A stretch of DNA of 64,000 nt from positions 12,440 to 76,439 of the forward strand of contig JAQBVF010000020.1 of assembly GCA_027623675.1 (NCBI GenBank), read 5' to 3'. Shown here in pieces: positions 28,143 through 38,177 of this stretch; position 1 is the stretch's first letter; every line of letters starts with the position of its first letter. Below the pieces are notes generated by a model. That model was not told the origin of the DNA. It did no database searches and was given only the letters and a program-made list of their open reading frames with translations. The translations under genes were made by a program, and so were the position numbers. Origin of the DNA: Chloroflexota bacterium. GTDB lineage: Bacteria; Chloroflexota; Dehalococcoidia; Lucifugimonadales; UBA3495.

Positions 28143-29840
28143 TTACGGTGCGGTTGGTCCGACCGGGACCGGAACGATCGCGCCGTCGCTGCCAAGTATC
28201 AACACAGTCTCCGCGTCTGGGGAAACGATTATCTTATTGATGCTGGGCAGGATGTCTTCCATCGCCTCAAGGTAGAGCCTCTCTTGGGTCACGAGGCTGG
28301 TGGCCGGGACAGCCAAGTCTTCTCGGTTCATGTATTGCACGGTGAACAGGTCTCCCGCGGCCAGCGTCTCGCCGGTTTGAACGCTCAAGGTCAGGATGTT
28401 CGTTGACGGGTCGAACCCAGACACCGAGATGTCGACGCCACTGGTCTTTCCACCGTCCGGTCCGTCAATAACTTTAATGTCTGAGAAGGAGATTCCGGTG
28501 GCCAGGTCGTTGTCACCGTCTGCGTTGTCCGCGTCCAAGGCCTTGTTGGTCAACCTAACGTTGAACGGTCCGGCGCCGGCGAACTGGGGTATCGCCAGAT
28601 CCTCATTGCCCAGATAGGCGATGGAGAATCTCTCTCCGATGGTCAGGTTGCCGGATTGCGCGGCGAAAGCCGTTGAGAAGCCGCAGATTTGGGTGGCGTC
28701 TGTCGCCGCCACATCCCGGGCGGTGAAGGCGCATTGGGGCGCTCCAATCACGGTTACGCCGGCAACCAGGATGTCGAACCCGTCACCGTCTATGTCAGGG
28801 GCCGAGATTATCGACACGTCGGAGAGCCCGATTCCCGTGGTCGGGTCGTTGTCGCCGTCGGCGTTATCCGAGTCTTGAAGCACGTTCTCCAGGGTTACGG
28901 AGCGGTCGTTGAATTGGCCCAAGATGGCCAGGAACCGGTCGGCTTCACCTTGGGCCCTCTCGATACGGGCCCTTTTGAAAGCCTCTGCCGGCTGAATGAT
29001 CTGTTCGGCGCGGCCCCTGGCTTCGGGGATCACCTGGTTCTCGTAAGCCTGGGCTTGGTTGGTGGCTGTAACCTTGTCTTGGCGGGCCTGAAGCACATCG
29101 TTGAAGGCGGCCTGCACCTCAGCGGGAGCTTCCACTTTCTGCAGTTCCACGCTGACGATATTCAAGCCGGTGTCGTAGCTGTCGAGGATCTCCTGCAATT
29201 TCGACCGGGCGTCCACTTCCAGGTTGACGCGCTGCTCTGCCAGAACTTCGGCGAGAGATCTCTGGCCGACCACCAACCGCAGGGCCGCTTCAGTGGCATC
29301 TTTCAATGTCCGGCCGTCGGGTCGGCCAGCGGGAATGTTCCGCTGTGACCCGGCATCCTCACCGGGATCGGACACCCGGAACAGGTATTTGGCCAGGTCC
29401 TTGATGTCGTACTGGATCACCATCTGTACGTCGATGATGTTCAGGTCCCCGCTGATCATCTGGGCCTCGCCCGGCACGGGAGTGTCGGCCACGCCGTCGC
29501 CGCTGCGGAATCCAATTTCCAGGCGGCGGACCAAGTCGGTCTTCACGATATCTTTCTTGCCGATCGGCCCGGGCCACCACCAGTGCAGTCCGTTTTGGGT
29601 CACCGGTGTTTCCTGGGCGCTACCGAACAGGCGGAGCACCGCTTTCTCGCCGGGGCTGGTGGTGTAGATCCCAGTCGCCAGCCAGATCACTGCGATCAGG
29701 CCGACAACCAAAACCGCAGCCAGCCCGACTCCACCGCCTCCCAATCGTTGGGAGATTCGCCCGATGGAATCGCGCACATTTGTCATGATTTGTTCGAGAT
29801 CTAATTCGGGCCTATTTGGTCCGCCGCCGGGTTGATACAT
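28143..29840 (-). CDS. hflK: FtsH protease modulator HflK with a ~200-aa internal duplicated insert
   Basis: TM, MISGDLNII, VQAAFNDV, YENQVIPEARG, AQGEADRF ... VTQERLYLEAME; 565 aa. Confidence 0.9.
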   Translation of the reverse strand: MYQPGGGPNRPELDLEQIMTNVRDSIGRISQRLGGGGVGLAAVLVVGLIAVIWLATGIYTTSPGEKAVLRLFGSAQETPVTQNGLHWWWPGPIGKKDIVKTDLVRRLEIGFRSGDGVADTPVPGEAQMISGDLNIIDVQMVIQYDIKDLAKYLFRVSDPGEDAGSQRNIPAGRPDGRTLKDATEAALRLVVGQRSLAEVLAEQRVNLEVDARSKLQEILDSYDTGLNIVSVELQKVEAPAEVQAAFNDVLQARQDKVTATNQAQAYENQVIPEARGRAEQIIQPAEAFKRARIERAQGEADRFLAILGQFNDRSVTLENVLQDSDNADGDNDPTTGIGLSDVSIISAPDIDGDGFDILVAGVTVIGAPQCAFTARDVAATDATQICGFSTAFAAQSGNLTIGERFSIAYLGNEDLAIPQFAGAGPFNVRLTNKALDADNADGDNDLATGISFSDIKVIDGPDGGKTSGVDISVSGFDPSTNILTLSVQTGETLAAGDLFTVQYMNREDLAVPATSLVTQERLYLEAMEDILPSINKIIVSPDAETVLILGSDGAIVPVPVGPTAP

Positions 29841-30214
29841 GTTCTTCTATTCCTTTATTCCTTTTGCCTACGCTGTTTTGCACGGCGCCGGGGAGTCCAA
29901 TTTGGCTGGCGCCAGGTGATTCTTAAACGTATGTGACTTATTATCTGGTTGGCCTTGTAGATTCTAACATTTAGCTGGCCGCCAAACTACAGGACAGTCC
30001 CTCAGTATGATGCACTACGTCGTCATTACGTTTTTCGGTTCGGTATGGACTGCGCCCGTCAGACCGAGAGAAATTTGCGCTGTAATCAGGCGTGGCCCAG
30101 CCTGCGCCGACCTCTCTGCCGGGGTATAATGTTGCGGCACGGAGACCCGGCAGGCTGGCGCCGGGCGAGGCCAAACGAAACCCGCCAAATCTATCTCATC
30201 AAAGGACCAGGCAG

Positions 30215-30478
30215 ATGACGACAACCGGTCTGGAAGTAATCCCCGGCAACGACATGACTCGGATCAAGGCTGTGTGCGAGCACCAGCGAGGCCTGATCTA
30301 TGTGGTACCGGCAGAGCGAAGTTGGGTCTGCGACAGCGAGAGCATCCCCGCTCACGCTCTGGCTGGTTTCTTTCGAGAGTTGGGCGCCCTGGAAAACCCA
30401 GCGGTGGAGGGTCTGATGCAGCAATGGGGCATCTACTACCGGCAACTGCCCCAAGAGCAGCCTGACCAGGCAGGCTGA
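30215..30478 (+). CDS. Hypothetical protein (87 aa)
   Basis: ATG at 30215 behind AAGGA, protein-like composition, followed by a bidirectional terminator. Confidence 0.7.
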   Translation: MTTTGLEVIPGNDMTRIKAVCEHQRGLIYVVPAERSWVCDSESIPAHALAGFFRELGALENPAVEGLMQQWGIYYRQLPQEQPDQAG

Positions 30479-30595
30479 GCCTGGACCAATGACCTGTGGA
30501 AGGCGGGGTTGGGTCTGGACCTAATGGCCTCGCGAAAACTTAGACACCCTGCTCATTGGTTTTTGCCGCGCCACGTTTGGTAATACTCGATCTTG

Positions 30596-30639
30596 AAAAT
30601 AAAAAGGGGCGGAATCTTAATCCCGCCCCTTTTATTTTT
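30596..30639. terminator. Bidirectional intrinsic terminator
   Basis: aaaaggggcgg / ccgcccctttt with A and T tracts on both sides. Confidence 0.85.
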
Positions 30640-30668
30640 CTGCCTTGTCTGGCAATCGCCGCCGCGTG

Positions 30669-32918
30669 CTAACTTGGCTCGGCTTCGCCGGCGGCGGATG
30701 TCAGCGTTGGCGCCGGAGTGGGCGCGGAAGATTGTGACAGCGCCGGTGTTAGCGCCGGTCCCGCGTTAGCCGGGTCTGGGTTGGCGTTATGGGTGGGCGG
30801 CGTCTCCGGCGGCGTAGGCGGTGTTGCCGGCTCTCCGCCAAGGTCGTCATCGGCGTTGAACAGCCGGTTCATAGCCTCGCCCGATACCGTTTCGTACTCG
30901 ATGAGGTATTCAGCCAATCTGATCAATTTCGGCTTGTGGGTAGTGATTACACGCACAGCCTGGTCATAGGCCTCGTTAATCAGTTCACTTACCGCGTGGT
31001 CGATCTCCCGGGTGATAGATTCGCCGTAGTCCTTCTCCTCACCCATATCCCGGCCTAGGAACACCATTTCCTGGACCTTGCCGAAAGTCCGGGGCGCTCC
31101 CAGTCCATCCAGGCTATGGGAAACCTTGACGGTGATAGTGACCGGCGGCAATCCCTTTTCGATCAGTCCGTCGCTAAACTCAGCCAGTTGGAAATCATCT
31201 TCCTTGCGGGATCTGAATTGGGCCCCGTCAGTCATGGTGACCAAAAGGTCGTTGCCGTAGACTTCGATCTGGGCGATCTCCCCAACCCGCGCCTTTCGGA
31301 AGACATCGCTGATGGGCATCTCTTCGTAGGATTTGGCGCTGAACATGCCATAGCGCTTGACCATGCCCAGGGCCAGCTTGGTGGCTTGCTCTAGGTCGTT
31401 GCTGGCGCCGGTTGTAACTTCGTCGAAGATGATCTGCTCTGCGACCCGTCCGCCCATGGTGACCGCCATCCGGTCGGCGAACTGGTTCTTGGTCCACAGG
31501 TACCGGTCTTCCTCGGGAACCAAAGAGGTATGTCCGCCCATCTGCCCACGGGCGACGATGGATATCTTGTGCACCGGATCGGCGTGTTCCATGCCCCAGG
31601 CCACGAGAGCGTGCCCAGCTTCGTGGTAAGCAGTCATCTCTTTTTCTCTAGGGTTGATGACTCGGTTCTTGCGCTGTGGCCCGGCGATCACACGGTCGAC
31701 CGCCTCTTCAAAGTCTGCCATGAATATCTGTTTCTTGTTGCCGCGGGCTGCCATGATGGCCGCTTCATTGATCAGGTTGGAAAGCTCTGCTCCGCTGAAC
31801 CCAGGCGTTTCCTTGGCCAGGGAGTCGAACGTAACTTCAGGGGCCAAGGGCTTGCCTGCGGCGTGGACCTTCAAGATAGCCTTGCGTCCTTCGATGTCGG
31901 GCAGGTCCATGGTCACGCGCCGGTCGAAACGTCCTGGACGCAACAGGGCCGGGTCCAGGATGTCGGGCCGGTTGGTGGCGGCGATGACGATGATGTTGGT
32001 ATTGGTCTCGAAGCCGTCCATCTCGACCAATATCTGGTTCAGGGTCTGCTCCCGCTCGTCATGCCCGCCGCCAAGACCAGCGCCACGGTGACGGCCGACG
32101 GCGTCAATCTCATCAACGAACACGATACAAGGGGCGTTGCGTTTGGCCTGCTCGAACAGGTCGCGCACCCGGGCCGCGCCGACGCCGACAAACATCTCAA
32201 CGAATTCGGATCCGCTGATGTGGAAGAAGGGCACGCCGGCTTCGCCGGCCACGGCCCTGGCCATCAATGTCTTACCGGTGCCGGGCGAGCCGACCAGCAG
32301 CACGCCTTTGGGTATGCGTGCACCCAGGGCAAGGAACCGCTCCGGGAACTTGAGGAATTCGACAACTTCGGAGAGTTCCTCTTTGGCCTCTTCAACCCCT
32401 GCCACGTCGGCGAACGAAACCGTGGGACGGTTGAAGGGCATCATCTTGGCGCGGCTGCGGCCAAAGCTCATGGTCTGATTGTTGCCGCCCTGTGCCTGAC
32501 GCATCATGAACAGAATCAGCCCGCCGAAGAAGATTAGAGGCAGGAAATTAAGCATGAGGCCGAAGAAACTGCTGAGGCCGCTCGAGCCTTTGAAGACCAC
32601 CTGCACGCCAGACGGCGGGCCGATCTGCACTCCGCTCTGGACCAGCAGTCCTAGAACGTCGGTGTCGGGGCCGATCCGGCTGGTGAACCGGTCGGCGCCA
32701 GCGGTGTTGGTGCTTCTGGGGAATACTGTAAGCTTCCGGCCATCGATGACAATCTCGCGAATGTCGTTGTTCTTGGCCATGGCCACAACCGTGGTCAGAG
32801 GCTCTTCGCTGCGGGCACCGAAGCTGGGCAACAACGTGTAGAAAATCACAATCACCCCGATGATAATCATCAGGTACACGAAGCTGTTGCGAAGCCACCG
32901 GTTATTACCCATGTTCAC
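30669..32918 (-). CDS. ftsH: ATP-dependent zinc metalloprotease FtsH with an inserted domain in the M41 region
   Basis: Two TMs, GSPGTGKT Walker A, VFVDEID Walker [31 protein letters not shown]. Confidence 0.97.
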   Translation of the reverse strand: MNMGNNRWLRNSFVYLMIIIGVIVIFYTLLPSFGARSEEPLTTVVAMAKNNDIREIVIDGRKLTVFPRSTNTAGADRFTSRIGPDTDVLGLLVQSGVQIGPPSGVQVVFKGSSGLSSFFGLMLNFLPLIFFGGLILFMMRQAQGGNNQTMSFGRSRAKMMPFNRPTVSFADVAGVEEAKEELSEVVEFLKFPERFLALGARIPKGVLLVGSPGTGKTLMARAVAGEAGVPFFHISGSEFVEMFVGVGAARVRDLFEQAKRNAPCIVFVDEIDAVGRHRGAGLGGGHDEREQTLNQILVEMDGFETNTNIIVIAATNRPDILDPALLRPGRFDRRVTMDLPDIEGRKAILKVHAAGKPLAPEVTFDSLAKETPGFSGAELSNLINEAAIMAARGNKKQIFMADFEEAVDRVIAGPQRKNRVINPREKEMTAYHEAGHALVAWGMEHADPVHKISIVARGQMGGHTSLVPEEDRYLWTKNQFADRMAVTMGGRVAEQIIFDEVTTGASNDLEQATKLALGMVKRYGMFSAKSYEEMPISDVFRKARVGEIAQIEVYGNDLLVTMTDGAQFRSRKEDDFQLAEFSDGLIEKGLPPVTITVKVSHSLDGLGAPRTFGKVQEMVFLGRDMGEEKDYGESITREIDHAVSELINEAYDQAVRVITTHKPKLIRLAEYLIEYETVSGEAMNRLFNADDDLGGEPATPPTPPETPPTHNANPDPANAGPALTPALSQSSAPTPAPTLTSAAGEAEPS

Positions 32919-33371
32919 CCCTTTTTCCTTTGTTTTAGACCTTAATTCCAGCCTACGACGCAGCCCGCAGACCCACCAACCTAATCTTATCGGAGTAGCA
33001 CTGATAATGCAAAAACCTAATCCTATTCATACGAGTGAATCCCATGCCTAGATACCCCGGCGGCCACTGATTAACGATTCACCCCCGAGGCCCGGGACAG
33101 GTCGTGGTATCCAGGTCGTTCCATCAGGGTAGGCCCGTGCTTGAGGTTGTTTAAGATTAGATGTGCAGATGCGTGCAACTTATTATAGAATCTGTCTGCG
33201 GATGGGACATCCATAGCCTAGCGTCAGGAATCCACCTATCTGTCATACGCATCTGATTGGGATATGGATCGGGGTGAGGGCGGCTGGTCCGCATCTAAGG
33301 ACCCGGTCCGGATGTTGATGGGGACGGCTAAATTAGCCAAAATCAAGAATTAATAGCAAATGGAGGGAGTA

Positions 33372-34214
33372 ATGGCAGATTACGCACATCCCGAATCTCT
33401 GGTCAGCACCGATTGGCTAGCCGAACATGGCAATGACGCCAACGTCTCTTTGGTGGAGGTAGATGTAGATACATCTTCCTACGCCAGCGGCCATATCGCG
33501 GGAGCGGTGGGTTGGAACTGGCAGTCGCAGTTGCAGCAGACGGTCCGCCGAGACCTGATTAGTAAAGAAGAATTGGAGAGTCTGCTCGGCGCGGCCGGTA
33601 TCGACAACGGCACCACTGTCGTCCTCTACGGCGATAACAACAACTGGTTTGCCGCCTGGGCCTTTTGGCAACTGAAATATTACGGTCACGACGACGTCAA
33701 ACTGATGAACGGCGGCCGGGCCAAATGGGAGGCTGAGGGCAAACCGCTCACCACCGACGCTGTGAATCCCACCGCCAAGTCTTACCAGGCAAAGTCCCCC
33801 AACGAAGACATCCGGGCCTATCGCGACCAGATCCTGAGCAAGGTCGCCGCGGGCAATATCTCGCTGGTCGACGTGCGCGCTCCGGCCGAGTACAGTGGCG
33901 AGCTTCTGGCCCCCGAGAACCTGCCCCAGGAGGGCGCCCAGCGGGGCGGCCACATCCCCAGCGCGGCGAACGTGCCTTGGGGCCAGGCGGTGGCCGAGGA
34001 TGGCACGTTCAAGTCAGCCGATGACCTTCAGGCGCTGTATGGCGGCAAGGGCATCGACGGCAGCAAGGAGACCATCGCTTACTGCCGAATCGGCGAGCGT
34101 TCCTCCCACACTTGGTTCGTGCTGACCCAGCTCTTGGGCCATAGCAATGTCCGCAACTACGATGGCTCCTGGACCGAATGGGGCAGTATCGTAGGAGCGC
34201 CCATCGAGAAGTAA
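33372..34214 (+). CDS. Two-domain rhodanese / thiosulfate sulfurtransferase
   Basis: LVSTDWL, GHIAGA, RGGHIP, YCRIGER, YDGSWTEWG. Confidence 0.94.
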   Translation: MADYAHPESLVSTDWLAEHGNDANVSLVEVDVDTSSYASGHIAGAVGWNWQSQLQQTVRRDLISKEELESLLGAAGIDNGTTVVLYGDNNNWFAAWAFWQLKYYGHDDVKLMNGGRAKWEAEGKPLTTDAVNPTAKSYQAKSPNEDIRAYRDQILSKVAAGNISLVDVRAPAEYSGELLAPENLPQEGAQRGGHIPSAANVPWGQAVAEDGTFKSADDLQALYGGKGIDGSKETIAYCRIGERSSHTWFVLTQLLGHSNVRNYDGSWTEWGSIVGAPIEK

Positions 34215-34250
34215 AGGCGAAAAAGGTTCTCGCGATAGCGTATTCGAGCT

Positions 34251-34280
34251 AAAAAGGGCTGCATCAACGCAGCCCTTTTT
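34251..34280. terminator. Bidirectional intrinsic terminator
   Basis: aaaaagggctgc / gcagcccttttt. Confidence 0.85.
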
Positions 34281-34320
34281 GCTTGGCATTGGAATCGGAT
34301 GGCCAGGGGAAAGTATGCGG

Positions 34321-34758
34321 CTAGAGATTTCGGCGTATCTGATCGGCGGTTCCGATCAACTCTTCATCAGATTGACCGGTCTTTGGGAACTCGAACTCCC
34401 AGATGCTTAGCCTGGGATGAGGGTCGGTCGAATGGCGAACGATCAGGTGCCAATGGAGGTGAGGGGTGGCGTTGCCGAGGAGTGCATGATTCAATTTCAG
34501 GCCGGGAAAGGTCTTCTCCAACGCGGTGGCGACGCGGGCGGCATCGTCCATGAACCGGCGCTGCAGCTCGCTGGTCAAGTGGTGCAGCTCCTTCACGTGG
34601 TCCCGAAAAACCAAGATGGTCGAACCACGGAAGAACTGCCAATCGCGGTTTAGGACAGCTGTGCAAACGTCCAGTTCGGCAATCTTGTTTGGGTACTGGC
34701 CCTCCCTTTCGGTGAATATCGCGTCCTGGCACATGGAACAATCGTTGTCGTTTGTCAT
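34321..34758 (-). CDS. HIT-family hydrolase
   Basis: CSMC N-terminus and LGNATPHLHWHL histidine triad. Confidence 0.9.
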   Translation of the reverse strand: MTNDNDCSMCQDAIFTEREGQYPNKIAELDVCTAVLNRDWQFFRGSTILVFRDHVKELHHLTSELQRRFMDDAARVATALEKTFPGLKLNHALLGNATPHLHWHLIVRHSTDPHPRLSIWEFEFPKTGQSDEELIGTADQIRRNL

Positions 34759-34994
34759 CGCTACCTCGCCGGCATCGACCGGGGAAAATCAGAGTGCGTC
34801 CCAATGGAATGTCGACGCTGCATGGACCGGCCGACGGGCATGACCGACCCCGCTGGGCCCGTCCGGCGCCTCCGGAACTTTTCACGCCACTAATCATGAT
34901 GCGGCCACCTGCGGCTCAAGCAAGCGGGTTTGGAAAATCCTGTCGACTATGGAAAGGATTGCCTTATGTTGCCCCATTGAGACGCCTGGCCGCG

Positions 34995-35522
34995 TCATAT
35001 TTGAGGATACGACCCGTCCTCTAGGGGGCCGGACTCGACCCGGGCAGCGATCCAAGGCTCAATCTTTCGCCGGTACCAAGGCTCCCACAATGGCCTGAGG
35101 GGAAATGAGCTTGGCAGGTTCTTGTAGGAACGCTCCGGAGAGATACCTGGAGCGATCTTCTTGGCATCGAATCTGACCCATGCCCGGTATGTGATGAAGT
35201 AACCGAGGGGAGACAGCCGGTTGTGGAAGTGGTCAGTCGCCACGTGACCCAGATGAGCCGCGACGGCAGCCAAGAATATGGGATGGTAATAGGAGAAGAC
35301 CAGTAATAAAAGACCGATAATCGAGTATTCCCAGCCGTGGAATAGAACTAGGATCTGGTTTGGCTTCCGCCGTATCCACCACTGGTAATAATCTACAAGA
35401 TGGTCGATATCCACCGCCACGCCCACTCCGACGGCAACCGCCCCTGCCAGTGGTGAACCGGTCCCGGCCCAAACGGACGCGCCAATGACCGTGGAGATGG
35501 CCGTATGGCCCAAAGGTCCCAT
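34995..35522 (-). CDS. Hypothetical membrane protein (possible metal-binding hydrolase-like)
   Basis: Hydrophobic helices with GH, DIDH, FHGWE and HVATD motifs; start uncertain (35522 or 35531). Confidence 0.65.
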   Translation of the reverse strand: MGPLGHTAISTVIGASVWAGTGSPLAGAVAVGVGVAVDIDHLVDYYQWWIRRKPNQILVLFHGWEYSIIGLLLLVFSYYHPIFLAAVAAHLGHVATDHFHNRLSPLGYFITYRAWVRFDAKKIAPGISPERSYKNLPSSFPLRPLWEPWYRRKIEPWIAARVESGPLEDGSYPQI

Positions 35523-35720
35523 GCGCCACATGATACGCGAGGACCAGGACTGAGAACCAGCCTACGGAGACGCCGTAGCGCCGATATTCGGTTCGCGCCA
35601 TTGCCCGGTCGTTATGTTGAAGGAATGGCCCCCGAGGGCTTATACGTCCGGTCCCGTTGGGCCATCACTTCGGCCCCATGGTGACTCTTGCGTATCATGG
35701 GACCCGCTTAAACTCAACAT

Positions 35721-36005
35721 ATGAGTACATCGACGATTTTCTTTCCACATAACTCGGTCCCTTCGGTGGCGGTCCCTTCGGTAGTCCAAGCTGGGTTTTG
35801 GGAGCGGTTTCCCGCATACATCGGAGTATTTATCGGAGTCGTCATATCCGGCCTAGCCGTGGTGATGCTGCTGGGGTTCACCTTTCCGATTCTTGCGGCG
35901 CTCACCGTGGTCCAAAAGACCAAAAGGGCCGTGCTGACCATCGCCGAACAAGGCCGGGGTTTTCCGAGGCTTGGCGTTAATCATCTGCCGAACCGGGCAA
36001 AATGA
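35721..36005 (+). CDS. Hypothetical small membrane protein
   Basis: 94-aa ORF with a long hydrophobic segment followed by basic residues. Confidence 0.5.
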   Translation: MSTSTIFFPHNSVPSVAVPSVVQAGFWERFPAYIGVFIGVVISGLAVVMLLGFTFPILAALTVVQKTKRAVLTIAEQGRGFPRLGVNHLPNRAK

Positions 36006-36014
36006 TTCGCCATT

Positions 36015-36282
36015 AGTCATCCCGGAGTTTCATCGTGGGCAGCACGCTACCGGGCAGATGCCGTCATTCCGGCGAAGGTCGAAATAACAGTCGTGCCGAG
36101 CAACCACACTCGCTATCTGTCATTCTGATCCTTCCGCAGAAGGAGAAGAATCTCTTTGCTTGACTTCGAGGTTGCTACCGTTCCGCAGGGCCGGCAGTTG
36201 GTCTCCCATCAGCGACGAGATTCCTCTCTTCGCTCGGAATGACACAGGCGGCGGAATCCACCCACCAAACTCCGGGATGACT
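36015..36282. repeat. MITE/REPIN-like nested inverted-repeat element
   Basis: Perfect 16-bp terminal IR agtcatcccggagttt / aaactccgggatgact enclosing tgtcattc..gaatctc and gagattc..gaatgaca. Confidence 0.65.
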
Positions 36283-36623
36283 CATGTTTATTGCCACATA
36301 CCTTAACGAGGATCGTTCAATCATATAAGGTCCAAAAGCAGCCTGCTGTCACTCGCTTCCGCTCCCCCTTTCTAACCGCCCCGGATAAACTCTCATGGGT
36401 AGCATGAGGGTGATTTTTCTCAGCTATTCTCCGCTATCCGACCGGGCTCATGGCGCGTCCAACAAACCTCAGACGCCCGCCGATATTCCCGTCAGCTTTC
36501 AGTGTTCGGCTCCTCTGATCAATCGGCTTGGCCCATGACCGTCCGTGTTGGTTCAGCGCTGTGAACCACCGAATCAGGTGAATTCCTGGTGGTCCCCGAT
36601 CTCAAAGCGCGGTTCCGGCTTCC

Positions 36624-36683
36624 GTAACAAAGGATTAACAATCTGGAAACATTCGTGTAACAGTTACGAAACCGTCTGGAAAT
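36624..36683 (+). promoter_or_regulatory. Phased 11-bp direct repeats (GlnR-box-like) upstream of first amtB
   Basis: GTAAC-n6-TTAAC-n6-GAAAC-n6-GTAAC-n6-GAAAC-n6-GAAAT. Confidence 0.72.
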
Positions 36684-36715
36684 ATACGGCGCTTAGACTA
36701 CCTTCCGAAACCTAG

Positions 36716-36766
36716 TGGGATTAGCCATTTGGGATTAGCCATTTGGGATTAGCCATTTGGGATTAG
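36716..36766 (+). repeat. 14-bp tandem repeat (tgggattagccatt x3 plus a 9-nt partial copy)
   Basis: Three perfect copies plus tgggattag running into the AGGAGG SD of amtB. Confidence 0.95.
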
Positions 36767-36775
36767 GAGGAACCA

Positions 36776-38143
36776 ATGTTAGTCGAGACAGCGCCTCTGT
36801 CCGGGGCCGGACAATCGAATGGGGCACGGTTGCTGCGACGGTCTCTGCCCTTCGTCATCGCCGGGTTGGTGGCCGTGTCGCTCATCGCGGCGTACAACGT
36901 AGCATTTGCCCAGGACATCACTTCCGACGCGGATAAATTGGACCAGGAGGCCAACATCATCTGGATGTTGGGCGCGTTCTTGGTCTTCTTCATGCAGGCG
37001 GGGTTCGCTTTCCTTGGCGCCGGTCTGATCCGGGCCAAGAACACCACCAACTACATGACCAAGAGCTTCATGGACTTCGCCATCGCGTCGTTGTCTTTCT
37101 GGGCCTTTGGTTTCGCGTTGATGTGGGGAACATCGGCCGCCGGAATTGCCGGCAACACCAACTATTTCCTGACCGACGCGGCTGACGGACAGACATATGT
37201 CGACTTTGTTTTCCAGATGGTCTTTGCCGGGACCGCCGCCACCATCGTGGCTGGTGCGGTGGCCGAGCGGACAAAAACCCAAGCCTACCTGGCTTATAGC
37301 TTCATCATCGGCGCGATCATCTACCCGCTGTACGGCCACTGGGTCTGGGGCGGTGGCTGGTTGGGTTCCCTGAGCGAGATCGACCTTCCTGCGGCGGCCG
37401 ACTACGCCGGTTCCGGTGTTGTGCACGCCGTGGGTGGCTTCGTCGCTCTGGCGGGCGCGGTTGTCGTGGGCCCACGGACCGGCAAGTTCAACGCTGACGG
37501 CACCTCCAATGTGATTTCAGGGCATAACGTGCCCTACGTGGTGATCGGAACGTTCATCCTGTTCTTCGGTTGGTTCGGGTTCAACATCAACACCGGCGAC
37601 TCCATCGGTCTGAACGCCATCAACACCCTGTTGGCCGGCGCAACCGGCGCGGTGGTCGCCCTGTACATCCAATTGATCCGGACCGGCAAGACCGACATCC
37701 TGATGGCCTGTAACGGCGCATTGGCCGGTCTGGTAGGCATCACCGCCCCGGTGGCGTTCGTGGAGCCGTGGTCCGCGGTGGTCATCGGCGCCATAGCCGC
37801 GCCGATCATGATGGGCTCATTGATATTGATCGAACGGGTTCTCAAGATTGACGACCCGGTCGGCGCTATCTCCGTCCATGGGGTGACCGGACTATGGGGC
37901 CTGTTGGCGGTGGGAATATTCGCCAACGGCAACAACGGTGTTGTCGGCCTCGTGGAAGGAGAGGTCAAGCAGCTCCTCTCCCAGTTGATCAGCATGGGGG
38001 TGGTGTTGGCCTGGGGCCTGGTTACCGGCTTCGCCCTCTTCCTGCTGCTCAAATTCACCATGGGCGTCCGCGCCACTCCGGAAGAAGAGATGGAAGGGCT
38101 GGACATTGCAGAGCATTCTCTGCCCGCCTACGGCGACGACTAA
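36776..38143 (+). CDS. amtB: Ammonium transporter
   Basis: FFMQAGFAFL, FQMVFA, GAVAER, DYAGSGVVH, WFGFN, DDPVGAISVHG; N-terminal signal-like helix. Confidence 0.95.
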   Translation: MLVETAPLSGAGQSNGARLLRRSLPFVIAGLVAVSLIAAYNVAFAQDITSDADKLDQEANIIWMLGAFLVFFMQAGFAFLGAGLIRAKNTTNYMTKSFMDFAIASLSFWAFGFALMWGTSAAGIAGNTNYFLTDAADGQTYVDFVFQMVFAGTAATIVAGAVAERTKTQAYLAYSFIIGAIIYPLYGHWVWGGGWLGSLSEIDLPAAADYAGSGVVHAVGGFVALAGAVVVGPRTGKFNADGTSNVISGHNVPYVVIGTFILFFGWFGFNINTGDSIGLNAINTLLAGATGAVVALYIQLIRTGKTDILMACNGALAGLVGITAPVAFVEPWSAVVIGAIAAPIMMGSLILIERVLKIDDPVGAISVHGVTGLWGLLAVGIFANGNNGVVGLVEGEVKQLLSQLISMGVVLAWGLVTGFALFLLLKFTMGVRATPEEEMEGLDIAEHSLPAYGDD

Positions 38144-38177
38144 CACTCAGGTTAGTCCAACAGCCTTGACCGGAGAT

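Noticed and set aside
28300..31343. Inteins as the explanation for the HflK and FtsH inserts
   Set aside because: No N-terminal Cys/Ser block, no C-terminal His-Asn and no endonuclease motifs.
32990..33025. CIRCE/HrcA operator upstream of ftsH (tagcactg...)
   Set aside because: Only a partial half-site; the GAGTGCTAA arm is absent.
36716..36766. CRISPR array
   Set aside because: The repeats are 14 bp, contiguous and spacerless, with no cas genes.
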